Of a DNA stretch of 60,186 bases, positions 1 through 12,244 are shown piece after piece. The stretch covers positions 52,515,815-52,576,000 of the forward strand of contig NC_058368.1 in assembly GCF_018350175.1 (NCBI RefSeq). Direction: 5' to 3'. The notes under the pieces were generated by a model that was not told the origin of the DNA, did no database searches, and saw only the letters and a list, made by a program, of their open reading frames with translations. Position 1 is the first letter of the stretch. Each line of letters begins with the position of its first letter. This stretch comes from Felis catus. Taxonomy: Eukaryota. The position numbers were made by a program, and so were the translations under genes.

Positions 1-144
1 GAGAGGGAGACACAGAATCTGAAGCAGGATCCAGGCTCTGAGCTGTCAGCACAGAGCCCAACACGGGGTTCGAACTCACAGGCCGTGAGATCATGACCTG
101 AGCTGAAGTCGAACGCTTAACTGACTGAGCCACCCAGGTGCCCC
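1..144 (-). mobile_element. CanSINE (SINEC), cut by window edge
   Basis: Reverse complement of the GGGGCACCTGGGTGGCTCAGTCAGTTAAG tRNA-derived head ends at 144. Confidence 0.95.
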
Positions 145-254
145 ATACGTGCATACTTTAATCATCATTCTGGCTTAGGAGTAAAGCATTTGGAGAGTCC
201 TAAGTGGGTTAATTAGAAGATAAACAATAAAAACCTAGGTATCTCCAAGCCCTT

Positions 255-552
255 TGCAGTCCAATGTGATAGCCACTAGCCCCATGTGGCATTGATCACT
301 TGAAATGTGGCTACTCTAAAATGATAAAATACACATCAATTTCAAAGACTTAGCATAAAAAAAGAATCTATACTATCTCAATAATTTTTATATTGTTTAC
401 AGATTGAAGTGATAACATTTTGGATATGTTAGGTTAAATAAACTATTTTATTAAAATTAATTTTACTTGGTACCTTTTACATATTGCTAATGTGGCTACT
501 AAAAAATTTTAAATTACATGTGGTTCACATACACAGCATTCTATGGGACATG
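255..552 (-). mobile_element. MER33-like hAT-Charlie non-autonomous DNA transposon
   Basis: GTCCAATGTGATAGCCACTAGCCCCATGTGGC...TTGAAATGTGGCTA...CTATGGGACA follows the MER33 consensus as I recall it, with GTCCAAT/ATGGGAC-type ends. Confidence 0.85.
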
Positions 553-619
553 TTACCCTGGAAAATCCATGAAATATATATAGGGCACTGTTTTTTTTCT
601 ACTCGAAAGGATTCATTTT

Positions 620-770
620 CTTGTTGCATCCACATTACAACCCAAGGACTTGGCCATTATCATTCTTCTTTTTATAGATGTGAAAACTTAAGGGTTATGA
701 AGTATGCCCTAAGTCATACAAGTAGTAGTTGGTGGAACTAGTTCTGCCTCACACCCGAATCTATGCTTTG
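620..770 (-). mobile_element. MIR fragment
   Basis: TTTTATAGATGTGAAAACTTAAGG...CCCTAAGTCATACA resembles the antisense MIR core. Confidence 0.55.
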
Positions 771-1035
771 TGTCAACGCTGTTCAAGCATCTGTCTTTAA
801 TATTCTTCTGGAGTGATCTTTTAATGAGACATGTGTGAGATGTGCCTAGGACCACTGAACAGAACTGAAACACACAATTTGTTAAACATACTTGAAACAA
901 GTACAAACAGCACACTGGGTAGCCAGAGTGGTATGCCAGTGTTTTCTGCAAATTGTTCCTCATAGGTATTAAGGATGGACAGGAGTGGATGGAAACGTGA
1001 CAAAGTAAGACAGTAAGACAGAAAGTAAGACAACT

Positions 1036-1213
1036 CTGTGTCCAGGCATTCCAGGCATTCCCCCTGGTTACTTCATTTATTCCTCAAAGCAACTCTTAGA
1101 GATAGGATAGCCTCGGAGTGGTTAAGGGATTTGCTTAGTATCTCAAGGCTAGCTGGTCAGTAACAAAGCCAAGACAGAACTCATTTCTGATTTCTTTCCC
1201 TAGACCACAATGC
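1036..1213 (-). mobile_element. MIR fragment
   Basis: TTCATTTATTCCTCAAAGCAACTCT...GAGTGGTTAAGGGATTTGCTTAG resembles antisense MIR. Confidence 0.5.
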
Positions 1214-1537
1214 TTTGGGTCCTCCTTTTGATCCATGCCCAACTTTCGGGCAGCTTGTCTACACACTGTGTTACCAGCTACTCTGTTTCCATAACACATT
1301 GTAGTCCGTGACCCAAATTGACCGAGGGTAGGGTCTGCCTGAGAGAGAGAGAGAGGACACAGCCACAGCTTTCCTCAGAATGGGGCAAGATACAAGCATT
1401 AAATTTCCCTTGCCAACACCTGTGGTGTTTAGAGTTGGAAGAAAATAATAAATCTTGATGGAACACGAAGATGTGAAACAAGGTAAATAGCTCACAATGG
1501 AATTTAAGTTTCAGGGACGAGCTTGAAAATAAGAGCT

Positions 1538-1764
1538 GGGGCGCCTGGGTGGCGCAGTCGGTTAAGCGTCCGACTTCAGCCAGGTCACGATCTCACTGTC
1601 CGTGAGTTCGAGCCCCGCGTCGGGCTCTGGGCTGATGGCTCAGAGCCTGGAGCCTGTTTCCAATTCTGTGTTTCCCTCTCTCTCTGCCCCTCCCCCGTTC
1701 ATGCTCTGTCTCTCTCTGTCCCAAAAATAAATAAAAAACGTTGAAAAAAAATTAAAAAAAAAAA
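1538..1764 (+). mobile_element. Young felid SINEC_Fc-type SINE, full length
   Basis: GGGGCGCCTGGGTGGCGCAGTCGGTTAAGCGTCCG head, CT tract, A tail; perfect TSD GAAAATAAGAGCT at 1525-1537 and 1765-1777. Confidence 0.98.
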
Positions 1765-2329
1765 GAAAATAAGAGCTAAGATGTAAGGTCAAAATAGAAG
1801 AAATCAGAGGAGACAATGATATCTAGAAGTGGAGGCCTGAGAAATTCTTCAGGCAGTGGGCAGAAATCTGGTACCATATTTAATGAGGTTCCCCGGCTGA
1901 CCTGAATGGACGTTCAGGATACACCTAATGAAAGGTGGGTCTAAAATGAAATGGACATTGGTTCATGCTGATCCATACCATCTGTGATGGGCCAATCAGT
2001 TCTTGTAGCTGAAGTAAAACACCAGAAAGAAAGAATTTTCTATCTATGTATATAATTGTGTAACTCTGTGTTGACTATTCAGTTTTGCTATTTCATAGAG
2101 TTCCTTAACTCTGGTCACTCCAGTTCCCATTAGCAGCTTCACAGATTTCAGAAGTTCTAGAAAGTTCATTGTGCCTTCATTGCTGCCCACGTTCCAAGTG
2201 CCAGTGGCTAGGCCCCACGGTTCGTGTGACTTGGAGAGTCTTCCTTCCAGCCTTCTGAATCTCTGCTTGACTTCCAAGGCCACGCTGTTGATCACTCTGC
2301 TGTCACATGGGGTTTGTATATAGGAGAAG

Positions 2330-2510
2330 GAAATAAAGCTTTGAAGATCAGTTGAGATCAAGGTGAAGAACAATGTATTTTCCAAGATAAGGAGTTTGCC
2401 ATTTATCCTCAAGGCAATGGGGGGACATCAAAATTGTGTGAACAGTGAAGTGGCATCTCAAAGTGTGTTTTACAATGATTCATTTCTGTTTTAGTGGATT
2501 TAGAGTTAAA
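2330..2510 (-). mobile_element. L2 fragment
   Basis: AAGGAGTTTGCCATTTATCCTCAAGGCAATGGGGG...GTGTGTTTTACAATGATT is typical of antisense L2. Confidence 0.6.
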
Positions 2511-2754
2511 TGTGCCCAAACTGGAGTGCTATTAGCTATAGTGTGTTCCTTTATTAAAATTTAATCCACACTGCAGTTATCATTCATGTATAACCAAACA
2601 CATGGCAATTTCATTGAAAGAACAAGTTTTACTCCTCTTTTGGAGGAATTTCTAAACACATGAAAGCTTTTTCTAAACACGTGATAGCTTTTAAAGCTAC
2701 CCTGTTATTGCAGGGTATTAAACTAAAACTATGTGTCCTGTATTTTATTTAAAA

Positions 2755-2923
2755 AAAAGGACTCTATTTTAGAGTTGTTTTGGGGTCACATGAAAACTGA
2801 GAGGAAAGTACCGAGTGTTCCCGTGCTTCTCCTACCCCCACACGTGCACAGCCTTCTCCTTGATCAACATCTCCCACCACAATGGTACATTTGTTACAAT
2901 TCCTGAACCTACATTGATATGTC
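2755..2923 (-). mobile_element. L1MC-type 3' end fragment
   Basis: TTTTAGAGTTGTTTTGGGGTCACA...ATCAACATCTCCCACCACAATGGTACATTTGTTACAAT...GAACCTACATTGA matches the L1MC1/2 3' end. Confidence 0.8.
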
Positions 2924-3362
2924 CTATATTTTCTATCAGTTGATCAAAGCACACGCTATTTGCTTCCCAAGTCGAAAAGATAATTGAAATGAGCCAATTC
3001 TAGTTTTTAAAACTTTAGCATATTCTATGTATGTAACTTTGTCTTAGACTGTGTTATTCTATACCATGTTCAAACAGTAATAAATAGGGTGGTAAGTGAA
3101 ATAGAAAGTTCTAAGATTTTATGGCAGACTTTTCCCTATAAAATTTTAAAGAAATGTCAAGCACATTAAACCAGATAACCACTGAAATGTGTACATGCAA
3201 GTCTTCCAGACTTCAAAAATATAATGCTTTTAGACAGGCTTTGTTGTGTGGTTGTTCTGAATCTTCCTGGCATTTATAACAAATACCAGGCTCAAAAAAA
3301 TGTCAGTTTCATTATAATAAGAGCCAACATTGACTGAGACTCTATTATGATCTAGGCATTGT

Positions 3363-3525
3363 TTATTCACTCATTCACTCATTCATTCATTTCACAAATA
3401 TTTGCTGAGGACCTAATAGATGTTAGACCACTCTTAGGAATTTAGCACTCTAAATGCCGGTTAGGTAGCACTGAATAAGACAGACAAATATCTTGACATA
3501 ATGAAACTTTCACCTAGCAGAGATG
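3363..3525 (-). mobile_element. L2 3' end, apparently flanked by MIR pieces (~3310-3360 and ~3550-3725)
   Basis: (CATT)n tail then CAAATATTTGCTGAGGACCTA...TGAATAAGACAGACAA. Confidence 0.75.
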
Positions 3526-3801
3526 GTATATTTGTGTTTGGGACTTTTTAACATATGAGGTAGTATTATATATTTTCTGCTGATGAGAATGATAGAACTA
3601 ACGATGAGGAAGGAGAGAGGATAATTGTAGATGTGGGCACAATGAGTCAGTGAGAAGGGAAGGAAACAGAGCAGATATACATTTTTCTGGCCCTAAAATT
3701 TATGCTCTTTCCATTCCACCATATTGTTTGCAAAAAATTATAGATGTATTTAGATATATATGTGTAACATGTATATGTAATATATATAATTTATATACGT
3801 A

Positions 3802-3803
<2 letters not shown>

Positions 3804-3835
<32 letters not shown>
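3804..3835. repeat. (CA)n microsatellite inside an AT-rich (TA)-like tract
   Basis: Read directly. Confidence 0.95.
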
Positions 3836-5787
3836 GTCTGTGTGTCTTCATCCTCCTTGGCATTTTACACGTATATTCATATACATGTTCTCATATATGT
3901 ATATGAGTAAAGTGCTATGCAGGATAAAAACGGAATTGTTTAGCATCTTTTTCACGAGAGATGCTTAGTAAATTAAGCATAAATGTTTTAATGGATAAAT
4001 TTAAGGGATTTATGGATTTATTAATGGATAAATATATACTACGCATTACAGACATTTATACATAACACATGCATTGTATATAACATATACACATTTGAGT
4101 TTATACATAACTATACGAATATATTTGCTCTTTGAAAGTCATCAAAATTTTATAGTTGTTTATGCTACCTAGAGGTGAAGATTTAGGAAAATTTCTCATT
4201 TTCTGAGTAATAAATGGCAGTACTGATCTGGATCCCTCGATACCCAGAAAGCTTTTTTGCAAGACTAAATGGGATTACCATCAATAGGCCCACAGGGTGT
4301 CCGGTTTTGAATTAAAATATAGAAACCTTATTTCCAAGATTTACATTACTGCCTTAACCGTAATCTAATTTTGCTGATATCATGGCCTCTAACAGACAGA
4401 AGTACTATAGAATGGCACATGCCGTGTACCCTATCTTTGTCATCCCAATCAGAAACCCCTGATCACTCCGGAGGAAAAATTGACGCATGAATTCTAAACT
4501 GCTCATCACATTCACATTTTTTCAAATGTATCACAAATCAATATTTTATTCATGAAAACATTAAACATTACATTTTTACCAAAACATTTTGTAGAACCTT
4601 GAAATTTATTCTCAAGCGGGGAGTTTCCTCTTGCTCTTTGCCTAAATACTGCTCTGCAACTGATGTATTTCCCGAGACCGGTGAGAGCAGCTTCGTTCTC
4701 CAACAGAAACAATTTACCTGGGCCGTCTGCAGACAAGGCCTGAACCCCAAGGAACTGCATTAATTGGGAACAGGCTTTGTGAGCAGACAGAGGGGCCTTG
4801 GTTTTTCACCTTCTCCCACAGGGAATGACTTTCACTGTCATTTACAGGAGCCTGGACAGAAAGGGTGGGGCTTCAAAGTGAAATACAGAGATAAATTATT
4901 TTGATACATTCTCAATATTCCCTTCTTAAATAGTCCCTGAAAACTCTTCACTCATATATAAATGATCAAACAAATGAAACAACTGAAGCCAGAGAGGAAG
5001 GCCATGTTACTGAGTCCAACTTGCTTACCCACATGTGTTTAAATACTGCAAGAACAGTGTGTTGACGGTTATGGCCTCAAAGCGAAGGACAATATATTCA
5101 GTTTGCAAGCAAATCACATTGCTATAGATTCTGATTCAGAAAATGTTCTCATAAAGAATATTCGTTCAGCTTCACAAATTTACCCACCTGAAATTTTCTC
5201 TAGTAGTACACTAACTTAGCTTTTAGATCCAGGAAAAAATACGATGGAAGACAGTATCCTCGGCTTATTTATTCTCTAGGAAAGAGGATAGTTTTATATA
5301 CTTTACTCTCAATTTATGGAAGACAGACAATTCAACATGTTTATTTTTTTTTCAAGTATGAAACACTGGAGGTGTATTTTACTTAGTGTGTGCACTAAGA
5401 AAGAAGCGACTCTTCCTAAAACGTGAGTACCACGTGACCAGATCCTTGGAGGTAATATATCATGCCTGGATCTGAGTGGAAAATTTGGAAGATAATTATT
5501 AAGGTTAAAAGATCTAAAAATTGAGAGGTGAAGGATTCTGCCAACTTCGGGGCTGTCACAAATAGACTTTCCCTGTCGCTGACACAGAGAGAGAGTATTA
5601 GGTTACAGAAAAATTTGCTCTGAAAAGCTGTTAAGGCAACTTTAGCTTATTGTGGCATTACAGTATAATGCTGTGCAAGAGAAATACAATGCAAATCATA
5701 AATGTGAGTCACACATATAATTGTAAGTGTTCAAGAAACCGTTTCTAAAAGAAAGAGACAATTAATTTTTAGTAAGATCTTTTAACC

Positions 5788-6000
5788 TGGGCCCCTGGGT
5801 GGCTCAATCGATTAAGCCGCCGACTTCAGCTCTGGTCCTGGCCACACGTTTCATGAGTTTAAGCCCTGTGTCAGGCTCTGTGCTGATCCACTTTGGATCC
5901 TCTGTCCCCACTCTCTGTGTGCCCCCGTCAACCCCCCTCTCTGTGTGCTCTCTCTCTCTGCCTCTCAAATATTAATAAACATTTATATAAATAAATAAAT
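5788..6000 (+). mobile_element. CanSINE, diverged
   Basis: SINEC head, CT tract and (AAAT)n tail; TSD AAGATCTTTTAACC / AAAATCTTTTAACC. Confidence 0.92.
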
Positions 6001-6031
6001 AAAATCTTTTAACCCAATATATCTAAAATAT

Positions 6032-6220
6032 ATTTTTTATTGTTTATTTTTGTGAGAGAGACAGAGCACAAGCAGGGGAGGGGCAGAGAGAGATGGAGAC
6101 ACAGAATCCCAAGCAGGCTCCAGGCTCGGAGCTGTCGGCACAGAGCCCTCCGAGGGGCTCAAACTCATAAGCCATGAGATCATGACCTGAGCTGAAGTTG
6201 GACGCTTAACCTACTGAGCC
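6032..6220 (-). mobile_element. CanSINE, slightly 5'-truncated
   Basis: Antisense SINEC; 19-bp TSD CCCAATATATCTAAAATAT at 6013-6031 and 6221-6239. Confidence 0.95.
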
Positions 6221-6437
6221 CCCAATATATCTAAAATATTATCATTTGAACATATAATCAATAAGACATTATTGAAATATTTGCATACATTTTTTCATAT
6301 TAAGTCTTCAAAATACATTAGGTACTTACACTAACGTCTCCATTGGACTAACAACCTTTCAAGGGCTTAGTAGCCACACGTGGCCAGTGGCTGTCAGTAC
6401 AGACAGCGACTTGAGAGCAGGAACACACACGAAGACT

Positions 6438-6539
6438 TTCTTATTTTGTTCTTAGCTCTTTCTTCTTTCCTTCTTTTCTTTCTTTCCTTTCCTTTTTCTC
6501 TTGCCCCCTGTTTCTCTTCCTTTCTCTCTCTCTCCTTCC
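6438..6539. repeat. CT-rich low-complexity polypyrimidine tract
   Basis: Read directly. Confidence 0.8.
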
Positions 6540-6667
6540 GAGTCTGTGCATGCTATGTACTGAGAATACAATAGAGCAATATAGGCCCGAGCCTTAAATT
6601 CTGAAAACGTTGCCTCCTTTCAAAAAAAAAAAAAAATTAAAAGCACTATTTAAAGATACATAAAATA

Positions 6668-6881
6668 GGGGCGCCTGGGTGGCTCAATGGGTTGAGTGTC
6701 CCACTTCGGCTCAGGTCACGATCTCACGGTTTGTGAGTTCAAGCCCCGCATCAGGCTCTCTGCTGACAGCTCAGAGCTCAGAACCTGGATCCTGCTTCAG
6801 ATTCTGTGTCTTCCTCCCCTCCCCCCACTCCTGCTCTGTCTCTTTCTCTCTCAAAAATAAACATTAAAAAACATAAAAAAA
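6668..6881 (+). mobile_element. CanSINE, full length
   Basis: TSD TAAAGATACATAAAATA at 6651-6667 and 6882-6898. Confidence 0.97.
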
Positions 6882-7197
6882 TAAAGATACATAAAATAGT
6901 ATATACTAGTTTAAATTCAGCCACAAATATGGCTACAAGTTTTCTGGCAGCTGAAAGTGACAAGCATTACCAGTTACACAATTCACAGTGTATATGATCC
7001 AGAGTCACTAAGATAAACTCAAACCAGTTTCTGCAGAGGAGAATTACTCTCCTCTGACTTTATAAATCTAAAGTCTTATAAATAAGCAAAACTATGAACA
7101 TAACATGGTAGACTGTTCTATAAAGGGTGCATGCAATGCTTTTCCAGAGTCACTTGAAGATCTCCAGCTCTATAACATGCAAGAAAACAGAAGTCTA

Positions 7198-7435
7198 GGG
7201 GCGCCTGGGTGGCGCAGTCGGTTAAGCGTCCGACTTCAGCCAGGTTACGATCTCGCGGTCCGTGAGTTCGAGCCCCGCGTCAGGCTCTGGGCTGATGGCT
7301 CAGAGCCTGGAGCCTGTTTCCGATTCTGTGTCTCCCTCTCTCTCTCTGCCCCTCCCCCGTTCATGCTCTGTCTCTCTCTGTCCCAAAAATAAATAAACGT
7401 TGAAAAAAAAATTAAAAAAAAATTAAAAAGAAAAA
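7198..7435 (+). mobile_element. Young felid SINEC_Fc-type SINE
   Basis: Near-identical to the 1538 copy; perfect TSD AAGAAAACAGAAGTCTA at 7181-7197 and 7436-7452. Confidence 0.98.
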
Positions 7436-8936
7436 AAGAAAACAGAAGTCTATCATTCAGTACTCCCTGGTGACCTCATACAATACCCCGGAAAACACCT
7501 GATCTTTGTAAACTGACTTGGATCCTGGAAAAAAATTGTTTAATGAAACTGTTAGTATTGTCTTATTATGACATACATTTTATTCCATTCAAATTCCTGA
7601 ACAGTTGGCTGGCCTTCTTTTTTATAGATACAAAAGCAATGAGACTCTAACCCAGAAAGACAACAGCAATATCACAGAGCTAAAACCAAGACTTGTGAAC
7701 AGAAGATCATGAAAATCCATTAAAAACTTAATACAAAAGATACATGCTGTATTTTTTATCATAAATAAATACATATAGAGAACAAATTTCACTTACGTGT
7801 CACTATGCCCATCAAGTATGAAGAGCTCACAAAAAGGGAAGTGCCTTGGATTGAGGTTCTTTAAGAACTGAAATTCATTTATTTTTTTACGTGACACAAA
7901 GGGGGAGATTCATGTGGACTTACCTATAAAAAGCACCGAAAATATTTTTTTGCCACATCATTTATTTCTGCTAGAGGAGTAGCATTTAAATAGAATATTT
8001 AAATTTCCAAACAAATCGTGTTAGCATTTACACCTCTAATCAGCTAGCTGGGGCTAATATGCAACTGCCTCAAGATGCAGAGCTACCTGGGATCAGGACT
8101 GTGCTTCCCTTTGATATGGAAGGGTCTCAAATAGGTAATCCCCTCATTCTCTCAAGAGGCACAACTTTAAGATTTCAATAAATCCTAAGGTCCACGAAAT
8201 GGGGCCAGTCACAGCAAGCTCCCTGCCATCCTTTCTTCCTTCAAACACACACACTAGATAATGGTTTACTCTACATTGACTCTAGTTCCATCTGAAGGCA
8301 AGAGGGCCAAGAGCAAAGAATTCGGTGCATTTATATGGTTTTTTAAGAAGGATATTGATATCATGCTACCATTATGTTCACCAGAGGACGCAACTAAAAT
8401 ATCAAGGGTCCCTCAAGGCTAAATGAAATGGTTAAAGATGTATTTATTGATTTCTAAAGAAATATTACCAAGGCACTGGATAATAACTCACCACTCTCAT
8501 GACTGAAAGGGTCTTGGCTCTCTCTAAAGAGGAGACAGAACTCCAGAATACACAATGATGTTAAAACTATTGCATGTTGTGTTGTGAAACAATACCCGAA
8601 TCGGGGAGGGCAGAGAAAAATCATTCGTGCAGACATTTAACTTGAACCGATTCTATTCTTTATCTTTTCTTTTATTGTTGTTCTCTTATTTATTTCTTGT
8701 AAAGCAAAAATTGTAATGAATTACTTTGAACTCCAGTGTGGGGCTGTAATCACAACCCATCAACTTAGCTTGACATACAATGCGTTTACGCACTGAAAGC
8801 TTTCTAAAAATACATGCAGGATGGGGATATAGAAACTTGTATACATAGGAAAAACCACCACGCCCCCGTTGGGGAATTTGAATTTTTTTCTCAAATAAGA
8901 GGAACATGTGCAATGACACATGTTTTTTTCTTTTTA

Positions 8937-9093
8937 GTTGACAATTGTCTCCCTTTTCTGTAGATCCTAATGGTGAAATAATGGATCCTGCCAACCATTA
9001 TGGGCTTCAACCCATCTGGGGACCCATAACTTTTATTGTGGTCCATTATCTGGCCATTAGAGGCCACAAGTGTCCTCAGCACAATTGTGTAAC
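8937..9093. other. Imperfect ~150-bp palindrome (candidate ancient hairpin repeat or conserved non-coding element)
   Basis: CTAATGG/CCATTAG, ATAATGGA/TCCATTAT and TTATGGG/CCCATAA share one dyad axis; ACAATTGT at both ends. Confidence 0.7.
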
Positions 9094-10839
9094 ATTTTCC
9101 TGAGGAAAAGGTGTGGAAACTGTGGAGGCAGCAGGTTTTTCTAGTATCTAAACCATGGAAACTCCAAAACCTCCTATATTGAGACCATTCATTTTCCTTA
9201 TGCTGAAATTTTTATAGTGTATGCCTCTTGGATAAAGTTTCCTTATCTAGCCCTGCCAGGAAACCAAATATTCCACCCAGTACTGGTGTGAAACATCCTT
9301 GCTTTCTTTTCCTAGGAGCGAGCAGTCCTGATTCTAAGACGGTGTGTTACAGCTATTTAGCTTAGAAAACCAATATGCTCTGACCGTAGAGAATATTTAC
9401 TCCACCTATCATACTATAGGTGAAGAAGTGACAAAGGGGATGCCTGGGGATTCTCAAGAGCGGCACCAACTTCACATGGTCTGCGTAAAATAGTCTGCCT
9501 ACCGCAACGGTAAGAGAAACACAAGCCACACGAAGTGAAGCCTCCTGTCTGTGTGAGTTTCCTTACCGAAAGAAAACAAGTACATCATTTTCGCTACTGC
9601 TCCCTTTGTTAGCTACTGGCCAGCTCTTTGGTACACCCACTGATCACCAACGTCATCATTACTTTCTATTTGTGTCACCCTTTTGATCACAGACCGCACA
9701 CTCCGATGAACTTACAAACAAGCGTAGTTCAAGATGTTGCGTGCGTTTGTTGCCAAGTGTGGCCCATCTTTCATCCAGAGGGCAGGGAGGCCAGACGTTG
9801 TCTTTCCTGGGCCTAATATAGAGTGTGTGGAGCTCAGGATGGGGCCAGGGCTTCATAAGGAATGTAATAAATGCTTCCCACTTGCCTCAGCGGCCACCTC
9901 TCGACCCGCTCATGATTTTGAAAAGCTTTATGGCTGGGTATCTCCACCTCCATTCTTACATCAGACTCCACATCTTACATTAGCAGAAGCATAGGTGGGA
10001 AATCTTTAGGTTAGGCCCATCCCCACAACATCCCGACCTGAGGGCAAAGAGACCATTACTGAGACTACTCTAATGGTTTTCTCCTGATGTCTGTGAGTCT
10101 AAAAGTCAGGAACCTTAATTAGGAAAGGCCAACGGATCACTTCACAGTATTCCCCAAAGTGGGTAATTTGTGTGTTTATTGCCAAACACCGTCCAGACAG
10201 CAATGGCTGCTCAACAATATTTAATCAACAGTGTTTATTAGGCACTTATTATGTGCTATACACTGTGTTAAATAAGACATTTGAAAACTCCTACTCTCAA
10301 CGTGTCTTCTTCTCGTGAAGAAAAGCAGAAAAAAGTACAAATAATCAGACAAGAAAATATCAAACAATCGCTGTGAAGAGACTAGAAATAGTGCAGTCAT
10401 GGACGGCCAACATATATTTGGTGGTTAGGAGATGCTAACATTTATCCTAAGAAGCAAGTTGTCATGAAAGATCTGGGAGTGAACATTTCCTGGAAGGAAG
10501 TTGGAGCGAAGAATCCAGGACTGCACAAGTTTAGTGCCTCACGGGATGGAGAGAAAAGCAGTGTGAGCAGAAAGGAAGGACCAGCCACAGAGACTCAGGA
10601 GGAGCAAGTAGTGAAGTGGGAAGACAAGCAGGTGGGGTGGTGCCAGAAGAGGTCAGCCGGGGGGGGGGGGGGGGCAAAATGGTTTGTGTTTTTATTACAA
10701 CTGAGTATAACCCAAAGCATTAAAAGTTTTCAAGCAAGGTTGAGATTTTTTTGTAATTATTTGATAAAAAGAGTAGTCGAGCCATCTCATGGGGGATGAC
10801 TTATGTGGCGGGGGGTGGAGGTAAGAGGGGCATGAGGAG

Positions 10840-11268
10840 GATGAAGAAGATGTGGTATACATATATACAATGGAATATTACTTGGCCATAAAAGAATGGA
10901 ATCTTGCCATTTGCAACAACTTGGACGGACCTAGAGAGTATTGTGCTAAGTGAGATAAGTTAGTCAGAGAAAGACATATTCCATATAATTTCACTCATAT
11001 GTGAAATTTAAGAAACAGAACAACAAACAAAGGAAAAAAAAACAAAAAAAATCAGACTCTTAAATACAGAGAACAGACTGGTGGTTAGCAGAGGGGAGGG
11101 AGGTGGGGGATGGGGAAATAAGAGAAGGGGGTTAAGAGTTCACGTATTGTGATGAGCATCGAGTAATGTACAGAACTGTTGAATCACTATATTGTAAACA
11201 CGAACCTAATATAACACCCTATGTTCATTATACTTGAATTAAAAATAATGATCTACAAAAAAAATAAA
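10840..11268 (+). mobile_element. 5'-truncated carnivore L1 (end of ORF2 plus 3' UTR)
   Basis: GATGTGGTATACATATATACAATGGAATATTAC...ATCTTGCCATTTGCAACAAC; G-rich tract; A tail; degenerate TSD GAGGGGCATGAGGAG / GAGTGGCATAAGAAG. Confidence 0.92.
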
Positions 11269-11668
11269 ATGAGTGGCATAAGAAGCCAGTTAGGGGAACA
11301 TTGCAATATTCCAGACACTACTAAACTCATACTGGTTTGAACTGGGGCAGAAATGATAAAGATGCAAAGAAGTGTAGGGATTCAGGACATACTTTAGCTG
11401 CAGAACTGAAAGGACTTGCCAAAGTTTTAGAAGTGGGTGTGGCAAAAGAAACAATAAATTAAGTATGATGCGTCTCTAATGACTTGGTAAGCAGTTCACT
11501 GAATGAGGGGAAGCTTGGGGGTGTAAATCACGTGCTCTTTAGGGCCATGTGAAGTCTGAGTTGCCTCTTAGACATTCTTGTGAATATGTCAAGTAATAAT
11601 ATGGATATATTATATGGATATATATATATGGAGGGAGAATAGGACTTAAAAAAGATTTGGGTTTAAAA

Positions 11669-11678
11669 ATATATATAT

Positions 11679-11712
<34 letters not shown>
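11669..11712. repeat. (AT)n(AG)n compound microsatellite
   Basis: Read directly. Confidence 0.95.
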
Positions 11713-11715
<3 letters not shown>

Positions 11716-11873
11716 CCAGGGACAAATCCTTGCTCTTTCCAACTTTTAGAGTAGAAGGGACCAGAAAAGGAAGCTTAGAAGGAGGAACTGATGGAGTAGG
11801 AAGAGAACTAGGCATGTGTGGTATCATGGTAGATGAGAAACAGGAGGTCTCCACATGGGTTTCATGCACATTT

Positions 11874-12120
11874 TTCTTTAATTTTTAAATTTTAAAAAAA
11901 ATTTTTTTTAATTTTTAAAAAAATTTTTTAATGTTTATTTATTTTTGAGAGAGAGAGAGAGCAAGCAGGGGAGGGACAGAGAGGGAGACAGAATCTAAAG
12001 CAGGCTCCAGGCTCTGAGCCATCATCACAGAGCCCAACGCCGGGCTCGAACCCCCAAATTATGAGATCACGACCTGAGCCAAAGTTGGACGCTTAACCAA
12101 CTAAGCCACCCAGGTGCCCC
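11874..12120 (-). mobile_element. CanSINE
   Basis: Antisense SINEC ending CCACCCAGGTGCCCC; T-rich tail; GCACATTT on both flanks. Confidence 0.95.
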
Positions 12121-12244
12121 TAAAGCACATTTGCCTGCAAATAAGACAGATCATTTATGTGCCCTGCTGACCTACGCATAGAATTCTATGATTTTGTATA
12201 TTATTCCTAGATGCTTTGGTAAACACATTGAAAAATCCATTCAT

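Larger units (their letters stand above)
5668..6408 (+). mobile_element. MER33-like hAT-Charlie element split by two SINE insertions
   Basis: 5' GCTGTGCAAGAGAAATACAATG; middle TTTAACCCAATATATCTAAAATATTATCATTTGAACAT; 3' TAGCCACACGTGGCCAGTGGCTG...GACAGCG. Confidence 0.85.
10220..11850 (-). mobile_element. Long L2 remnant interrupted by an L1 3' fragment
   Basis: TCAACAGTGTTTATTAGGCACTTATTATGTGCTA 3' end; resumes after 11270 with AGAAGCCAGTTAGG...GGATTCAGGACATACTTTAG...CATGTGAAGTCTGAGTTGCCTCTTAGACAT. Confidence 0.7.

Noticed and set aside
7797..7867. Possible minus-strand exon (TTTCAG|...|GTAAGT) with open frame FLKNLNPRHFPFCELFILDGHSD
   Set aside because: Poor polypyrimidine tract, unrecognised peptide and no partner exons
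9316..9509. Plus-strand exon-like segment (CTTTTCCTAG|...ACG|GTAAGA)
   Set aside because: Stops in all three frames; at most a non-coding exon, with no supporting evidence
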